Assembly: GCA_963716175.1 (NCBI GenBank)
Contig: OY970296.1
Coordinates: forward strand, 1,293,684 to 1,357,683
Length of the DNA: 64,000 nt
DNA from: an uncultured Armatimonadetes bacterium
GTDB taxonomy: Bacteria; Armatimonadota; Hebobacteria; Hebobacterales; Hebobacteraceae
Reading direction: 5' to 3'
Below the pieces are notes generated by a model. The model did not search any database. It saw nothing but the letters and a program-made list of their open reading frames with translations, and had not been told where the DNA came from. Every line of letters starts with the position of its first letter. Positions within the stretch are counted from its first letter, which is position 1. The position numbers and the translations under genes are program-made. Positions 1-9,656 of the stretch are shown one piece after another.

Positions 1-1419
1 ACCGCGGGCCCGTTCTCCTCGCTGACCAGGGCCCGCAAGCTGGCGAGGACATCCGGCAAGCTCGCGGCTCCGTAGAAGGCCAGGGTGTCGAGCACGTTGG
101 CGAGGCTCTGCCTGCTATTGCCGCGGGCGGCCGGCGCGTTGGCGGTGAGCACCGGCACCTGGATGCCGGCCCCTCGTACCAGTTCGAGGAGGGCCTGAAG
201 GGCGCCCGCGTCTACGCGGCCGCTCCGGTCGGGAAGGGGCCGGATGAGGACGTCCGCAATGGGGCCCCGGTTGGTCAACTGATAGCGCTTCACCATAGGA
301 AGGAGGGCGCGATACCAGTCCGCGACGGCGCCCTGAAGGTTCTCCCCCGAGGCGCGGCCCAGCGCCCACCCCGGCACCCCGCCGGCCTCCCAGTCATCAC
401 CAGCATAGGGCCCGAGATCGAGCTGCACCCAGAGCCCAGCTTCCTGGCAGAGGTCCAGGAACGCTTTCAGATCGGAGAGGTCGAGCTGGTCCGGCGTGGG
501 CTGATGGTGGGCCCACGGAACCGTGACGGCCACCGTGTTCATCCCGGCGGCCTTGAGCAAGGACAGCCGGTCGGCCCAGACTGCTTTCGGGAGGCGAGCG
601 TAGTCAATGCCGCCGCCGAAGACGACAACCGGCTGGTTGGCGAAGGCGAAGGCGCGGCGATCGAAGCGCGCCATCTCCGGCTTGGGAAATGACGGCCGCA
701 GCGAGGCCGGCCTGGCGGCGGCGACCACCAGCCCGGCGGTGTCGGGCGCGAGCACCACCGCGACGGTCCGCTCCAGGCAGCCCTTGATGCCGGCGCCGTC
801 ATCATCGCAGGCGGAGACGCTGAGATTGAGAGGCTGACCTGGGATGGGGCGAAGCGGGGCGAGCTCGGACCAGGGGAGGGCCAGCTCATAGCTCACGCGC
901 CAGCCATGGTCCTCCGGCCGCGCCCAGATGCCCCGGCCCACGTTCCTGAGCTCGCCGGCGCGGGCCGCCGGCTGAGCGCGCCAGACCAGGGAGGCTCCTC
1001 TCAGCAGGGCCACCACGAACTGGTTCGCGGGCTCGGGGCCTTCGCCGGTGAGGGCGAGGACGATGCTGTCACCCCGATCGACCTCGGAGGGCGAGTGGAC
1101 GCGAACCAGCACATCATCGCGAACATCAATGGCCAGATAGAGCGCGCGGTTATCCCAGACCAGCCGGATTTCCGCGGAGATATCCTGCGGGCCGCCGTAG
1201 ACCGCGAACTGAGGGGCGGCGGGATGCCAGTCCTCGGCGCTGGCCATCACCACCTGCGGGAGCGGGGACCAATCATCCAGCCGCCCGTCCAGGACGGGAC
1301 CAGTGACGACGCGGGGGCAGATGATCGGTGAGCTGGTCGGGTGAGGAGGCTGCGCCCAGGCCGGGCCAAGCACAAGCAGGAGCAGCGGTCCGAACCAGAG
1401 GGAGCAGGTGCGTGTCATG
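1..1419 (-). CDS. Secreted glycoside hydrolase, GH35/GH42-like beta-galactosidase family; N-terminal signal peptide and possible CBM9-like module. The gene runs off the window edge, so the C-terminus is missing.
   Basis: ATG at 1419 on the minus strand opens a frame with no stop down to position 1; the ORF track cannot list it because it has no in-window stop. Signal-peptide-like N-terminus MTRTCSLWFGPLLLLVLGPAWAQ. GH35-like block VVVFGGGIDYARLPKAVWADRLSLLKAAGMNTVAVTVPWAHHQPTPDQL...LDLGPYAGDDWEAGGVPGW. Translated by eye, so exact frame continuity should be rechecked. Confidence 0.55.
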
Positions 1420-1747
1420 CCACAGAGCTCCTTGTGAGTGACATCGGACGCGAACGTTTGGCGAACAGCAAGCATCTAATGTGCATTGACACTTGTGGAG
1501 CGGCCGAGTTCGCCCGGTGAGACAAGCTCTCGCCAGGCCCGGTGGCCTCCTCCGCAGGTGGGGATGATAGCCGATGACGGCTTGAGTGAGCTTCGACACA
1601 GCAGTGGCGGTTCCTAGCACATAGCAAGAACGTGCGAGAGGGAGTACCCAGGAGCAAGGCGAACCGAGAATGGCGTTTGCGTGACCGTGGCGCGGGGTAA
1701 CCGTACGGGTAACCGGAAGGTTCGGTTTCCAGTACAAGGACGGCTTG

Positions 1748-1790
1748 TCTCGAGCCAGCCGGCAGGCAGTTTGGGGCTGGCTTTTTCGCG
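1748..1790 (+). terminator. Hairpin plus T5 tract (CCAGCC-N14-GGCTGG-TTTTT); terminator-like, with no obvious upstream plus-strand gene.
   Basis: Stem-loop followed by a ctttttcg run was seen directly in the sequence. Confidence 0.3.
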
Positions 1791-1971
1791 GCCATCGCAC
1801 GCCGCCGTGGAACAACCCTGGATAGGGAAGAGCTTGCCGATGGCCGCAGCCTCGCTGTCGGCAGGTGCGCCGGAACTGGAATGGATGAGCTTCTTGAACG
1901 GCTTGTGCAGCAACAGCTACCGCTGTGATGCCAGAAGCTCTTCAGTAAATGCTTTGGGAGGCCTGTAGGAG

Positions 1972-2292
1972 ATGGCGACTTGTCCGAAGTGCAACACCAT
2001 CAATGAGGAGGGGATGACCCGCTGTGCTGCCTGCAAGTCAATCCTGCCGGTGAAGATCGGGAGCAAATCGGCCACCCGATGGGAACGAGTACGGCGCCTG
2101 CCGGACCTGGTGGGCACCAAGTGCCCGAGCTGCGGCGCGCCCAATGCCTATACGCGCCTGCGGTGCCAGGCCTGCAACAGCTCCCTCACCAGAGCCGAGA
2201 GCAGGTCTCACCTGGGTAAGCTCTGGATCTATGCCGGCATTGGCGTGGTGATTCTGGCTACCATTCTGACGTTCGTGCTGCGGCACGCCTAG
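1972..2292 (+). CDS. Double zinc-ribbon small protein with C-terminal TM helix.
   Basis: CPKCN...CAAC and CPSCG...CQAC Cys pairs; hydrophobic C-terminus IYAGIGVVILATILTFVL. Confidence 0.45.
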   Translation: MATCPKCNTINEEGMTRCAACKSILPVKIGSKSATRWERVRRLPDLVGTKCPSCGAPNAYTRLRCQACNSSLTRAESRSHLGKLWIYAGIGVVILATILTFVLRHA

Positions 2293-2638
2293 CGAAAAGG
2301 GCGGCGGCTAACCTCCGCCCCAGGCGGACTTCCCACAGCCGCCCCCCAGCGCGATCCTGTCTTTCCTCCCTCTGTGGTCGGGGCGGCCGGGACTGGTGTG
2401 GCCGCGCCCCCGACCTGCCGCGGAGGCTTCCATCTCCCGTAGAGGCCGCCACCGTTGCTACAGCAGGGGCGATCTCTCACCCTGGCGAAGCTGCTGCCGA
2501 TTCCACTGCGCCGGCCGCTCGACGGGTCGGTCCTCTAACGGCGAAGTGATCCGCGGATTGCGCAGATTAGGGAAGTCAGAGAAGCGGGGCGGCCAAGCCG
2601 CCCCGCAGCAGCGATCGGCGACAGAGAGGAGCGGAGTG

Positions 2639-3073
2639 ATGGAGCTATTCCCCGGTGGGCAGATCGGGGAGGTAGTGGCGCTGCGCTTGGACCAAGGCGA
2701 GGATGTGCTGGATGCCATCACCGGGGCGGCGAAGCAGCTCGACCTCCACACCGGCGTCGTAGTCTCTGGCATCGGCACCCTGGACCGCGCGCGACTGCAT
2801 CATATCACCCACACCGGCTATCCGCCCAAGAACCAGTTCGTCGAGTACGAGGGACCGATAGAGCTGCTCAGCATTCACGGGCTGATCGCAGATCACGCGC
2901 CTCATCTCCACACCTGCATCTCGATCAAGGAAACCACCTACATGGGGCACCTAGAGCCCGGCTGCCGGGTGCTCTATCTCGCGGAAATCGCCATCGTCCG
3001 GCTGGAGGGGGTGCGGCTCTGCCGGCGGATGAACCCGGCCACCAGGGTAAGCCAGCTTCAGCGTGCGGACTGA
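2639..3073 (+). CDS. PPC/DUF296-domain protein.
   Basis: MELFPGGQIGEVVALRLDQGEDVLDAI...GTLDRARLHH... The fold-like pattern is typical of DUF296. The internal ATG at 2639 was chosen over the ORF-track start at 2396, because the upstream extension is low-complexity. Confidence 0.55.
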   Translation: MELFPGGQIGEVVALRLDQGEDVLDAITGAAKQLDLHTGVVVSGIGTLDRARLHHITHTGYPPKNQFVEYEGPIELLSIHGLIADHAPHLHTCISIKETTYMGHLEPGCRVLYLAEIAIVRLEGVRLCRRMNPATRVSQLQRAD

Positions 3074-3076
3074 CAT

Positions 3077-4018
3077 TTGCAGCGCGCTCCCATGAAGCGC
3101 TTTCTTGCCGCGGCCGGACTGCTGATCGCGCTCCCGCTCCTCCTCGCCTACGGGGCGGCGACGGCCGGCGGCCGTGGGCAGCCCCGCCCTGCCAGGCCCT
3201 TCGGTTCGGAGCGCGCTTACCACGACCTGGTGCGGCAGTGCGAGTTCGGCCCCCGCGTGCCTGGCACGAAAGCCCACCATAAGTGTGCGCAATGGCTGCT
3301 GGACCAGCTCAGAGGCTGCGCGCAGGAAGTGAGCCAGCAGAGCTTCACCCAGCAGGTAGGCGGCGCGGAAATCCGCCTGACCAACCTGGTGGCAATCTTC
3401 AACCCGCAGGGCAAAGGCCATGTCCTGCTCTGCGCCCATTGGGACAGCCGACCGATGGCGGACCGAGATCCAGACCCCGCGCGGCGCGCAGAGCCCGTAC
3501 CCGGCGCGAACGACGGGGCCTCGGGAGTGGCGGTGCTGCTGGAGATGGCGCGGGCCCTGAAGCGGCAGCCGCCCAAGGCGCGGGTGACCATGGTGCTGTT
3601 CGATGGCGAGGACTACGGCACGAGCGAGGCCAGCATGCTCCTGGGCTCGCGGCACTTCGCCAAGAGCTACGCGGGGCCGCCAGTAGACTGGGCCGTGCTG
3701 CTGGATATGGTGGGGGATCGGAATCTGCGGCTGCCGCCGGAGCAGACCTCCTGGCAGCAGGCGAGGCGAGTGGTGGAGCGAGTCTGGGGCGCGGCGGCGC
3801 GGGCGGGCAGCAAGGCCTTCGTGCGCGAGGCCGGCCCGGAGGTGATGGATGACCACGTCCCTCTACTGGAGCGGGGGATACCGTGCATTGACGTGATTGA
3901 CTTCGACTACCCCTACTGGCACACCACGGCCGACACGCCGGACAAGTGCTCGGCCGCGTCGCTGGGGCAGGTGGGGAGGGCGGTGCTGGAGGCGATCGGG
4001 GAGTATGGAGAGGAGTAG
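3077..4018 (+). CDS. Glutaminyl-peptide cyclotransferase / M28-family peptidase-like protein, secreted.
   Basis: Signal peptide; M28 motifs HWDSRP, PGANDGASGVAVLLEMARAL, VLFDGEDYG. Confidence 0.75.
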   Translation: MQRAPMKRFLAAAGLLIALPLLLAYGAATAGGRGQPRPARPFGSERAYHDLVRQCEFGPRVPGTKAHHKCAQWLLDQLRGCAQEVSQQSFTQQVGGAEIRLTNLVAIFNPQGKGHVLLCAHWDSRPMADRDPDPARRAEPVPGANDGASGVAVLLEMARALKRQPPKARVTMVLFDGEDYGTSEASMLLGSRHFAKSYAGPPVDWAVLLDMVGDRNLRLPPEQTSWQQARRVVERVWGAAARAGSKAFVREAGPEVMDDHVPLLERGIPCIDVIDFDYPYWHTTADTPDKCSAASLGQVGRAVLEAIGEYGEE

Positions 4019-4057
4019 GCTGCGCTGCTGGCAGGAGCTACCGCTCCTGCCCAACAG

Positions 4058-4918
4058 TCAGAACGGCCAGTGATCCTGAAGCGCGCTCCGCGGGATCACG
4101 GCGCGGCAGGTCTTCTTCGGGTTGACGATCTGGGAGATGAGGAGGTCGCCCGCGGTGGAGAGCAGGCGGCGGGCCTCCACGTCGGAGATGCCAAGCAGCC
4201 GTGTCAGCAGCTTCGCCATCTCGCCCACCGCTTGCCAGGCGGCCTCGTCCAGGGTATCCGCGGAGGCGAGCAGCATCAGCTGATCATCGCGTACCAGGTA
4301 GGGCGAAGTGGAGAGGGGGTTGGCTACCCGGCGGACGGAGAGCGTGACCTCGGCCGCGCACTCGATCCCAGTGCCGCCGCACTCGCCATCCCCCTGCAGG
4401 GCGTGCACATCCCCGAGCGCGAGCAGCGCGCCGGAGACCGCGACCGGGAGGAAGAGGGTGGCGCCGGCGCGCACGTCAATGGTGTCCAGGTTGCCGCCAT
4501 GCTCGCCGGGGGTGGTGGTGGGCACCGGGTCGCCGGCCGGAGCCAGGCCGATCACCCCGATCACCGGCTCCACCGGCAGCCGCAGTCCCCAGGGATAGAT
4601 CGCGACGCCATCCTTGAGTTCGACGACGGTGAAGCGCTCGCTATCACCCCCTCCGCCGATGAAGCCCCAGTCGGCCGGCCGCACCTCGTGGATGGTGATG
4701 GCCAGCGCCTCACCGGGCTGACTGCCCTTAACCTCAATGGGACCGGTGGCGGGATTGGCATAGGCGCGGGTGCCGCGGAGGGCGCCATCCCGGCCCACCA
4801 AACCTCCGTGGCAATCCAGAGTCTCGACCAGAACGGCCTCGCCTTCGTCAATCTGGTACACCGGCGGATGGTGTCGGCTCAACTCGCCGATGAAGTGGTC
4901 ACTGGTTAGTCGTTGCAT
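4058..4918 (-). CDS. Acetamidase/formamidase (FmdA_AmdA) family protein.
   Basis: LALGDVHALQGDGE and GGNLDT motifs; start set at MQRLTSDHF. Confidence 0.7.
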   Translation of the reverse strand: MQRLTSDHFIGELSRHHPPVYQIDEGEAVLVETLDCHGGLVGRDGALRGTRAYANPATGPIEVKGSQPGEALAITIHEVRPADWGFIGGGGDSERFTVVELKDGVAIYPWGLRLPVEPVIGVIGLAPAGDPVPTTTPGEHGGNLDTIDVRAGATLFLPVAVSGALLALGDVHALQGDGECGGTGIECAAEVTLSVRRVANPLSTSPYLVRDDQLMLLASADTLDEAAWQAVGEMAKLLTRLLGISDVEARRLLSTAGDLLISQIVNPKKTCRAVIPRSALQDHWPF

Positions 4919-4986
4919 GAGGACTGCCTCCCTAGTTGCACGGGGCAGGAGGCAAGCTCCTGCCCAACGCAGCAGGCCGGTCCGCC

Positions 4987-6903
4987 CTACTCCCACGTGG
5001 GCACGGAAATCTCGGCCCGGTAATCGCTCATGTTGTAGTGAGGCTGACGGCGAGGGCGGTAGAGGCGGCCCTCGGGCGGCGGCGTGTCCTGGGTGTAGAT
5101 CCAGATGCGATCCAGGTCCCAGAGCAGGACCTCATCCCGCGGATCGCCGGTGAGATCGAGCGCCTCGGCGCAAAGGGTGGGGTGCCCATCGTCGGGGAAG
5201 GCGACCGCCCGGCGGAGGTGACCGTCCAGCATCCCGCCCAGTCGCAGGCTGCCTGAGGCCAGCAGGAGCTCCAGGCCATCGCCGCGCCAGTTGACCGGAG
5301 AGAGCACCGCGCCCCCACCGGAGAGCTCGATAGAGTCGAGCATGTGGCCCTTGGCGTCATAGACGCAGATGATGTCCGGATTTCCCCAGAAGGTCTTGGT
5401 GATCACCTGGAGGCCGGGCACATCGTCTCTCACCCGGGCTGCGGTGAGGCGCTGCACGTGGCCGGTGCGATCGCGCCAACGGATGCGGCCCTGCGGATCG
5501 CAGGCCACCGTGCCTCCATCGCCACAGGCGAGGGCGATCGAGGGCTCGGCGTCATCCAGGTCCAGAGGCGCGATGGCAATCGCGTCCTGGTGATCCTCCA
5601 CCTCGATGCGCCAGAGCACCGTGCCGTCATGGTCTACCAGGGCATACCCAATCATGACCTCATCCCGGCCATCCCCGTCGAGGTCGGCCACTGCGGGGAA
5701 GTGGCCGGTGTTGCCGTGGAACCGCCAGAGGGGCTGGAGGCGATCATCGTAGGCCCAGAGATTGCTGTAGCGATCCTTGATCAGCAGGTCGCGTCGGGCG
5801 CCCAGGCCCCTGAGGTCGGCGAAGCAGATGCAATCTCCGGGGATGCGAAAGAGGTCATCCTCGCGCAGCCAGGTGGCCATCGGGCCGGGCTCGGGGGTGG
5901 GCGCGGCGTACTTGAGCCGGCCGGTGTTCCCCTCCAGCACACAGATCTCGAAGTTGCGGCAGCAGATCACCTCGGCCTGGCCGTCACCGTCGAAGTCGTG
6001 AATCTGGAAGCAGAGGTCCGCGGGGATGATGCCATGAGCGCGGTTGGGCTCACCCCATTGCCAGAGTACCTGCCCGTCGAGGTCAATGGCGGTGAGGCAG
6101 CTCAAGCAAGCGAAATCGCCGCCGCCGAGCATGTCCGTGTATTGGGCGAGCACAATCTCCAGGCGTCCGTCGCCATTCACGTCGCCGAAGCGGAGATGGC
6201 GCCCGGTGCCGAACTCGGGGGTTTCGATCTGGCGCCAGAGGCGAGGTCGGGGCTGCCCGGGCAGGTCTTGGGGCAGGCCGGCGGCCTGCCCTGCCGCGTC
6301 AGCCTCCGCTTCGACGCGGGCGAAGCGCGCCGGGCCGGTGGCGAGCAGGCCAATCCGTCCCCGACTGAGGGCGTGATCCTCGACCGCGAAGAGCGCGCTG
6401 CCATCGAGGGAGGCGCGCAGGCGGCCGCCCTGGGCCTCCAGCCTCAGGAGATGGTAGCGGCCGCAATCAGGCTGCCATTGGGCCTGGGCGAGGACCGCCC
6501 TGTCTTCATGCTGGCGGCGCACCAGGCGCACCAGGCCATCACCGCCGATGCGAAGCGAGTAGTGGGTGCGGTTGTTCCGGTAGCGAAGCGCGATCCCGGC
6601 CTCGCTGTGGCGAGAGAGCAGGCGCACTTCGGCCTCCAGGGCCAGGTCGCGCCACCCGGAATCCCCCGCGGCCAACATCGGCATGCCCTCCCGGCGCAGG
6701 CGGGCTTGCTGCATCACCCGGCGGCCGCCATCCTCCACCACCTGCCAGTTGCCGAGGTGCCCCCAGCTGGTGTGATTCGTGGTCTCCACCCATCCGCCTG
6801 GCAGCTCCGGCAGATCCAGACAGTGGTACTCGCCCACCGCGCTGTAGTCGTAGGGCAGATCGCCAAGCTTGAACTGCTGGAAGTGATCATGGAAAACCCT
6901 CAT
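4987..6903 (-). CDS. Secreted/periplasmic protein with N-terminal LamG/DUF1080-like jelly-roll domain and FG-GAP/VCBS-type beta-propeller; possibly a polysaccharide-lyase-like CAZyme.
   Basis: Repeated DVNGDGRLEIV, DFDGDGQAEVI, DLDGDGRDEVMIG motifs. The ORF-track start (6966) lies inside repeat element R1, so the downstream start MRVFHDHF (6903) is preferred. Confidence 0.55.
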   Translation of the reverse strand: MRVFHDHFQQFKLGDLPYDYSAVGEYHCLDLPELPGGWVETTNHTSWGHLGNWQVVEDGGRRVMQQARLRREGMPMLAAGDSGWRDLALEAEVRLLSRHSEAGIALRYRNNRTHYSLRIGGDGLVRLVRRQHEDRAVLAQAQWQPDCGRYHLLRLEAQGGRLRASLDGSALFAVEDHALSRGRIGLLATGPARFARVEAEADAAGQAAGLPQDLPGQPRPRLWRQIETPEFGTGRHLRFGDVNGDGRLEIVLAQYTDMLGGGDFACLSCLTAIDLDGQVLWQWGEPNRAHGIIPADLCFQIHDFDGDGQAEVICCRNFEICVLEGNTGRLKYAAPTPEPGPMATWLREDDLFRIPGDCICFADLRGLGARRDLLIKDRYSNLWAYDDRLQPLWRFHGNTGHFPAVADLDGDGRDEVMIGYALVDHDGTVLWRIEVEDHQDAIAIAPLDLDDAEPSIALACGDGGTVACDPQGRIRWRDRTGHVQRLTAARVRDDVPGLQVITKTFWGNPDIICVYDAKGHMLDSIELSGGGAVLSPVNWRGDGLELLLASGSLRLGGMLDGHLRRAVAFPDDGHPTLCAEALDLTGDPRDEVLLWDLDRIWIYTQDTPPPEGRLYRPRRQPHYNMSDYRAEISVPTWE

Positions 6904-6950
6904 CGGCGCGGTCCTATTCAGCCATTCATCAGGCCCTACCCCGGCACGGG

Positions 6951-7076
6951 CTAGAGCGCATTTCATAACCTACCGGCTGGCTGGCCGCACCACGCCCTCG
7001 CATGAAATGCGCCGGCCACGGCCTGACGTTGCGCAGTGCTGTTTCATAACCTCCCCTGGGAAGGTTATGAAACAGC
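6951..7076 (+). repeat. R1 structured repeat, copy 1 (126 bp, two hairpins).
   Basis: About 96% identical to 48215-48340. Hairpin 1 gcgcatttcat...atgaaatgcgc (11-bp stem, 35-nt loop). Hairpin 2 is the perfect palindrome gctgtttcataacct-cccctggga-aggttatgaaacagc. Confidence 0.85.
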
Positions 7077-7082
7077 TTCTAA

Positions 7083-7180
7083 CGAGCTTCGCCGAATGAA
7101 GTAACACGGCGAAGCTCAAGAGGCGGCCCAGACGGGCACAGGGCGATGTTCGCACATTACTTCGTTGTGCGAACATCATT
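7083..7180 (+). repeat. R2 paired-hairpin element, copy A.
   Basis: Hairpin 1 (7084-7117) has loop aatGAAGTAACa; hairpin 2 (7145-7177) has loop TTACTTCgt. The same architecture appears at 39076-39180 with different, compensatory stem sequences. Confidence 0.7.
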
Positions 7181-7182
7181 AG

Positions 7183-8703
7183 TCAGGCCACATCCTCGAG
7201 TCGCCGCAAGGCCTCCTGGGCCTCCTCGAAGCCCGGGGACAATTGGAGGGCGCGGGCAAAGCTGGCGCGGGCAGAGGCGAGGTCGCGGCGCGACTCCTGG
7301 ATCAGGCCCAGGTTGTAGCGGAATTCGGCGGCCTCGGGGAGCAAGCGCACCGCCTGCTGGGCCGGCCCCAGGGCGGCGTCATAGTCGCCGCCCGAGTAGA
7401 GGGCCATGGCGAGAGCGTCGTGGGCCTCTGCATTTTCCGGGTCGAGGCCACAGGCGCGCCGAGCCGCCCGCGCCGCACCTGCGAGGTCGCGGCCCTGGGA
7501 AGTCAGGGCGCGCGAGAGACCCAGGCAGAGCTCGCAGTCCTGCTGACCCAGCTCCCAGGCGTCGGCCATGGCGTGCTCGGCCTCCACCGGCTGGCCGGCT
7601 GCCTCCAGCGCCAGGCCCAAGTTGTAATGGACCCAGGGATCACCGGGAGCAAGCCGGGCTCCGCTGCGATAGTGCTCGGCCGAGGTCTCATAGAGGCCGA
7701 GCCCATAGTAGGCGAGGCCCAGCCCGCTGCAGGCCTCGGCGCTGTCCGGGCAGATGCGCTGCGCCGTCTGGTAGGCCTCGAGGGCTTCGTGGTGACGGCC
7801 CAGCTCGAGACAGGCGCGGCCGCGCTCGACCCAGATGTCGGAGTCGCTCGGGTCGAGCTGACCGGCCACTTCAAAGGCTGCGATCGCGGCCTCGTGATCG
7901 CCCAGCTCTCCGTAGGCCAGCCCGAGGTTGAAGCGAGCCACGGGATGGGTGGGGTCGAGAGAAAGCGCGTGCCGGTAGGAGCGGATGGCCTCAGGCACTT
8001 CGCCCAGCCCGCGGAGGGCGTTGCCCAGCTCGCAGGCGGCGGCGGCCCGGCCCTCCTCGTCCTCCTCCGGGTAGTGTTGCAGCGCTCGCTCCAGGTAGTG
8101 GCGCGCTCGCCGGCAATCACCCTGGGCGCTGTGGATTTGCCCGGCGGCGTAAAGCGCCTCATGCCACTCCGGCGCCAGCTCGCAGGCGCGCTCGAACTCG
8201 TGCCGGGCGCGGCCGCGATCGCTGAGCTGCTGGCTGGCCCAGCCCAGCCAGAGGCGGCAGTAAGCTTCGTCGCTACCCAAGGCCAGAGCGCGCTGGTACG
8301 CCTCCGCCGCCTGCTGGAACTCGCCTATCATGTAGTAAGCATCCCCGAGGTCGCGGTGCAAGCATGCGCTTAGCAGGACAGAGCCGCCCTGATTCTCTCT
8401 CACCCCCACCTGATAGTGGCCAATCGCCTCCTGGTATTGGCCCTGCAGGAACAGGACTTCGCCGAGCACGCGCCGGACCGCCGGGTCGGCAGCGGAGATC
8501 TCGACCGCCCGCTGCGCTAACCTCGTGGCCTCCTCCGTGGGCCCTTGCTGTGCCAGGGCCCAGGCCAGGGAAGTGAGCGCTTCCACGGAATCGGGGGCGA
8601 AGGCGAGAGCCTGGCGCCAGGCGAGCATGGCCTGCTCGCGCTGGCCGCTCTCCCACAGCGTCTTGCCGCGCTGATTGTCGCGATCGGCGTCAAGGGACTT
8701 CAT
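7183..8703 (-). CDS. TPR-repeat protein.
   Basis: Multiple 34-aa TPR-like repeats (AYY.G.Y..A...Y..AL.L.P). Confidence 0.8.
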   Translation of the reverse strand: MKSLDADRDNQRGKTLWESGQREQAMLAWRQALAFAPDSVEALTSLAWALAQQGPTEEATRLAQRAVEISAADPAVRRVLGEVLFLQGQYQEAIGHYQVGVRENQGGSVLLSACLHRDLGDAYYMIGEFQQAAEAYQRALALGSDEAYCRLWLGWASQQLSDRGRARHEFERACELAPEWHEALYAAGQIHSAQGDCRRARHYLERALQHYPEEDEEGRAAAACELGNALRGLGEVPEAIRSYRHALSLDPTHPVARFNLGLAYGELGDHEAAIAAFEVAGQLDPSDSDIWVERGRACLELGRHHEALEAYQTAQRICPDSAEACSGLGLAYYGLGLYETSAEHYRSGARLAPGDPWVHYNLGLALEAAGQPVEAEHAMADAWELGQQDCELCLGLSRALTSQGRDLAGAARAARRACGLDPENAEAHDALAMALYSGGDYDAALGPAQQAVRLLPEAAEFRYNLGLIQESRRDLASARASFARALQLSPGFEEAQEALRRLEDVA

Positions 8704-8816
8704 AGCAGATCAAGTCGCCCGGCATTAGGCTTCGCCCCCACGATTCAGCAGTCCTCTCCGCGCGGCGGGGCATCTGGCAGGAGCAAGCGCGACGGCGGCG
8801 GAACTACGCCAGCACC

Positions 8817-9656
8817 ATGCTGGAGGGTCACCTTTCCCTGGCGGAGATCGAGCGCCTCCGCGGCTGTCTCTGGCGGACCGATCCGGATCGCCAGATCCGG
8901 GACGAGCAAGGCGCCCTGCGCTTGATCCGCGAGCTCGGGTTCCTGCTGCTGATGCCCATCGCGGGGGCGGAGTTGCCCAGCATCCATCGGGCGACGCGGG
9001 ACGATTGGTCATGGTGGGACTGGAAGCAGACTCTGCCCGGCCGCAAAGCCTGCTACTACGCCAAAGTGCTGCGCCACCGCGGCACCTTCATCTCATGGCC
9101 CTGGTTCTCTCGGTTTCGAGCTGCGCTGGGAGACCGCCGCTCCTATCACCAGCTCTACCGGGAGGGCCTGCTCGACCGCGCCGAGAAGCAGCTCCTGGAC
9201 CTGCTGGCCGAGCACGGGCCCATGATGACGGGCGAGCTCCGCCTCGCCTTCGGCCCCCGCAGCAAACAGAACACGCGGCGGGTCAAGAGCATACTCGTAA
9301 GCCTCCAGAGGCGGTTCCTGATCACCACGGCAGGGGGCGACACCGAGGGCTGGAGCCATCACCGCTGGGATCTGGTGGAGCGGTGGGTGCGGGCCAATCT
9401 GCTGGCCGAGGCGGACCGCATCGCGCGCTCCACGGCGCGGGAGCAACTGCTGGTCAAGTGCGTCCAGAACGTGGTAGCCACGACGCCGGCGGACGTCGCC
9501 TGGCTGTTTGGATGGGAGCGCCCAGAGGTAGAGGCGATGGTGGGGAAGCTGACGGCCGCGGGCAAGCTGGGGAGGGCGGTGGCCCCGGAGCTGGAGGGGG
9601 AGGTGATCGTGCCTAACCCCTGGCCAGGGAAAGGGCGGGGACGCAGGGCGCGATGA
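8817..9656 (+). CDS. Winged-helix DNA-binding domain protein, YcaQ/AlkZ (HTH_42)-like; tentative.
   Basis: C-terminal wHTH-like segment LLDLLAEHGPMMTGELRLAF...LVSLQRRFLITTAG; assignment from pattern memory only. Confidence 0.4.
   Translation: MLEGHLSLAEIERLRGCLWRTDPDRQIRDEQGALRLIRELGFLLLMPIAGAELPSIHRATRDDWSWWDWKQTLPGRKACYYAKVLRHRGTFISWPWFSRFRAALGDRRSYHQLYREGLLDRAEKQLLDLLAEHGPMMTGELRLAFGPRSKQNTRRVKSILVSLQRRFLITTAGGDTEGWSHHRWDLVERWVRANLLAEADRIARSTAREQLLVKCVQNVVATTPADVAWLFGWERPEVEAMVGKLTAAGKLGRAVAPELEGEVIVPNPWPGKGRGRRAR

Noticed and set aside
5344-6954. 536-aa plus-strand ORF
   Set aside because: Antisense to the well-supported FG-GAP gene; low-complexity Ala/Gly/Arg-rich translation typical of high-GC antisense frames.
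6970-7179. 69-aa ORF MMFAQRSN... and the similar 48015-48311 ORF sharing MKQHC.TSGRGRRISCEGVVRPASR
   Set aside because: The shared peptide is just the translation of the R1 repeat; not a gene.
7243-8373. 376-aa plus-strand ORF
   Set aside because: Antisense to the TPR gene; no protein-like pattern.
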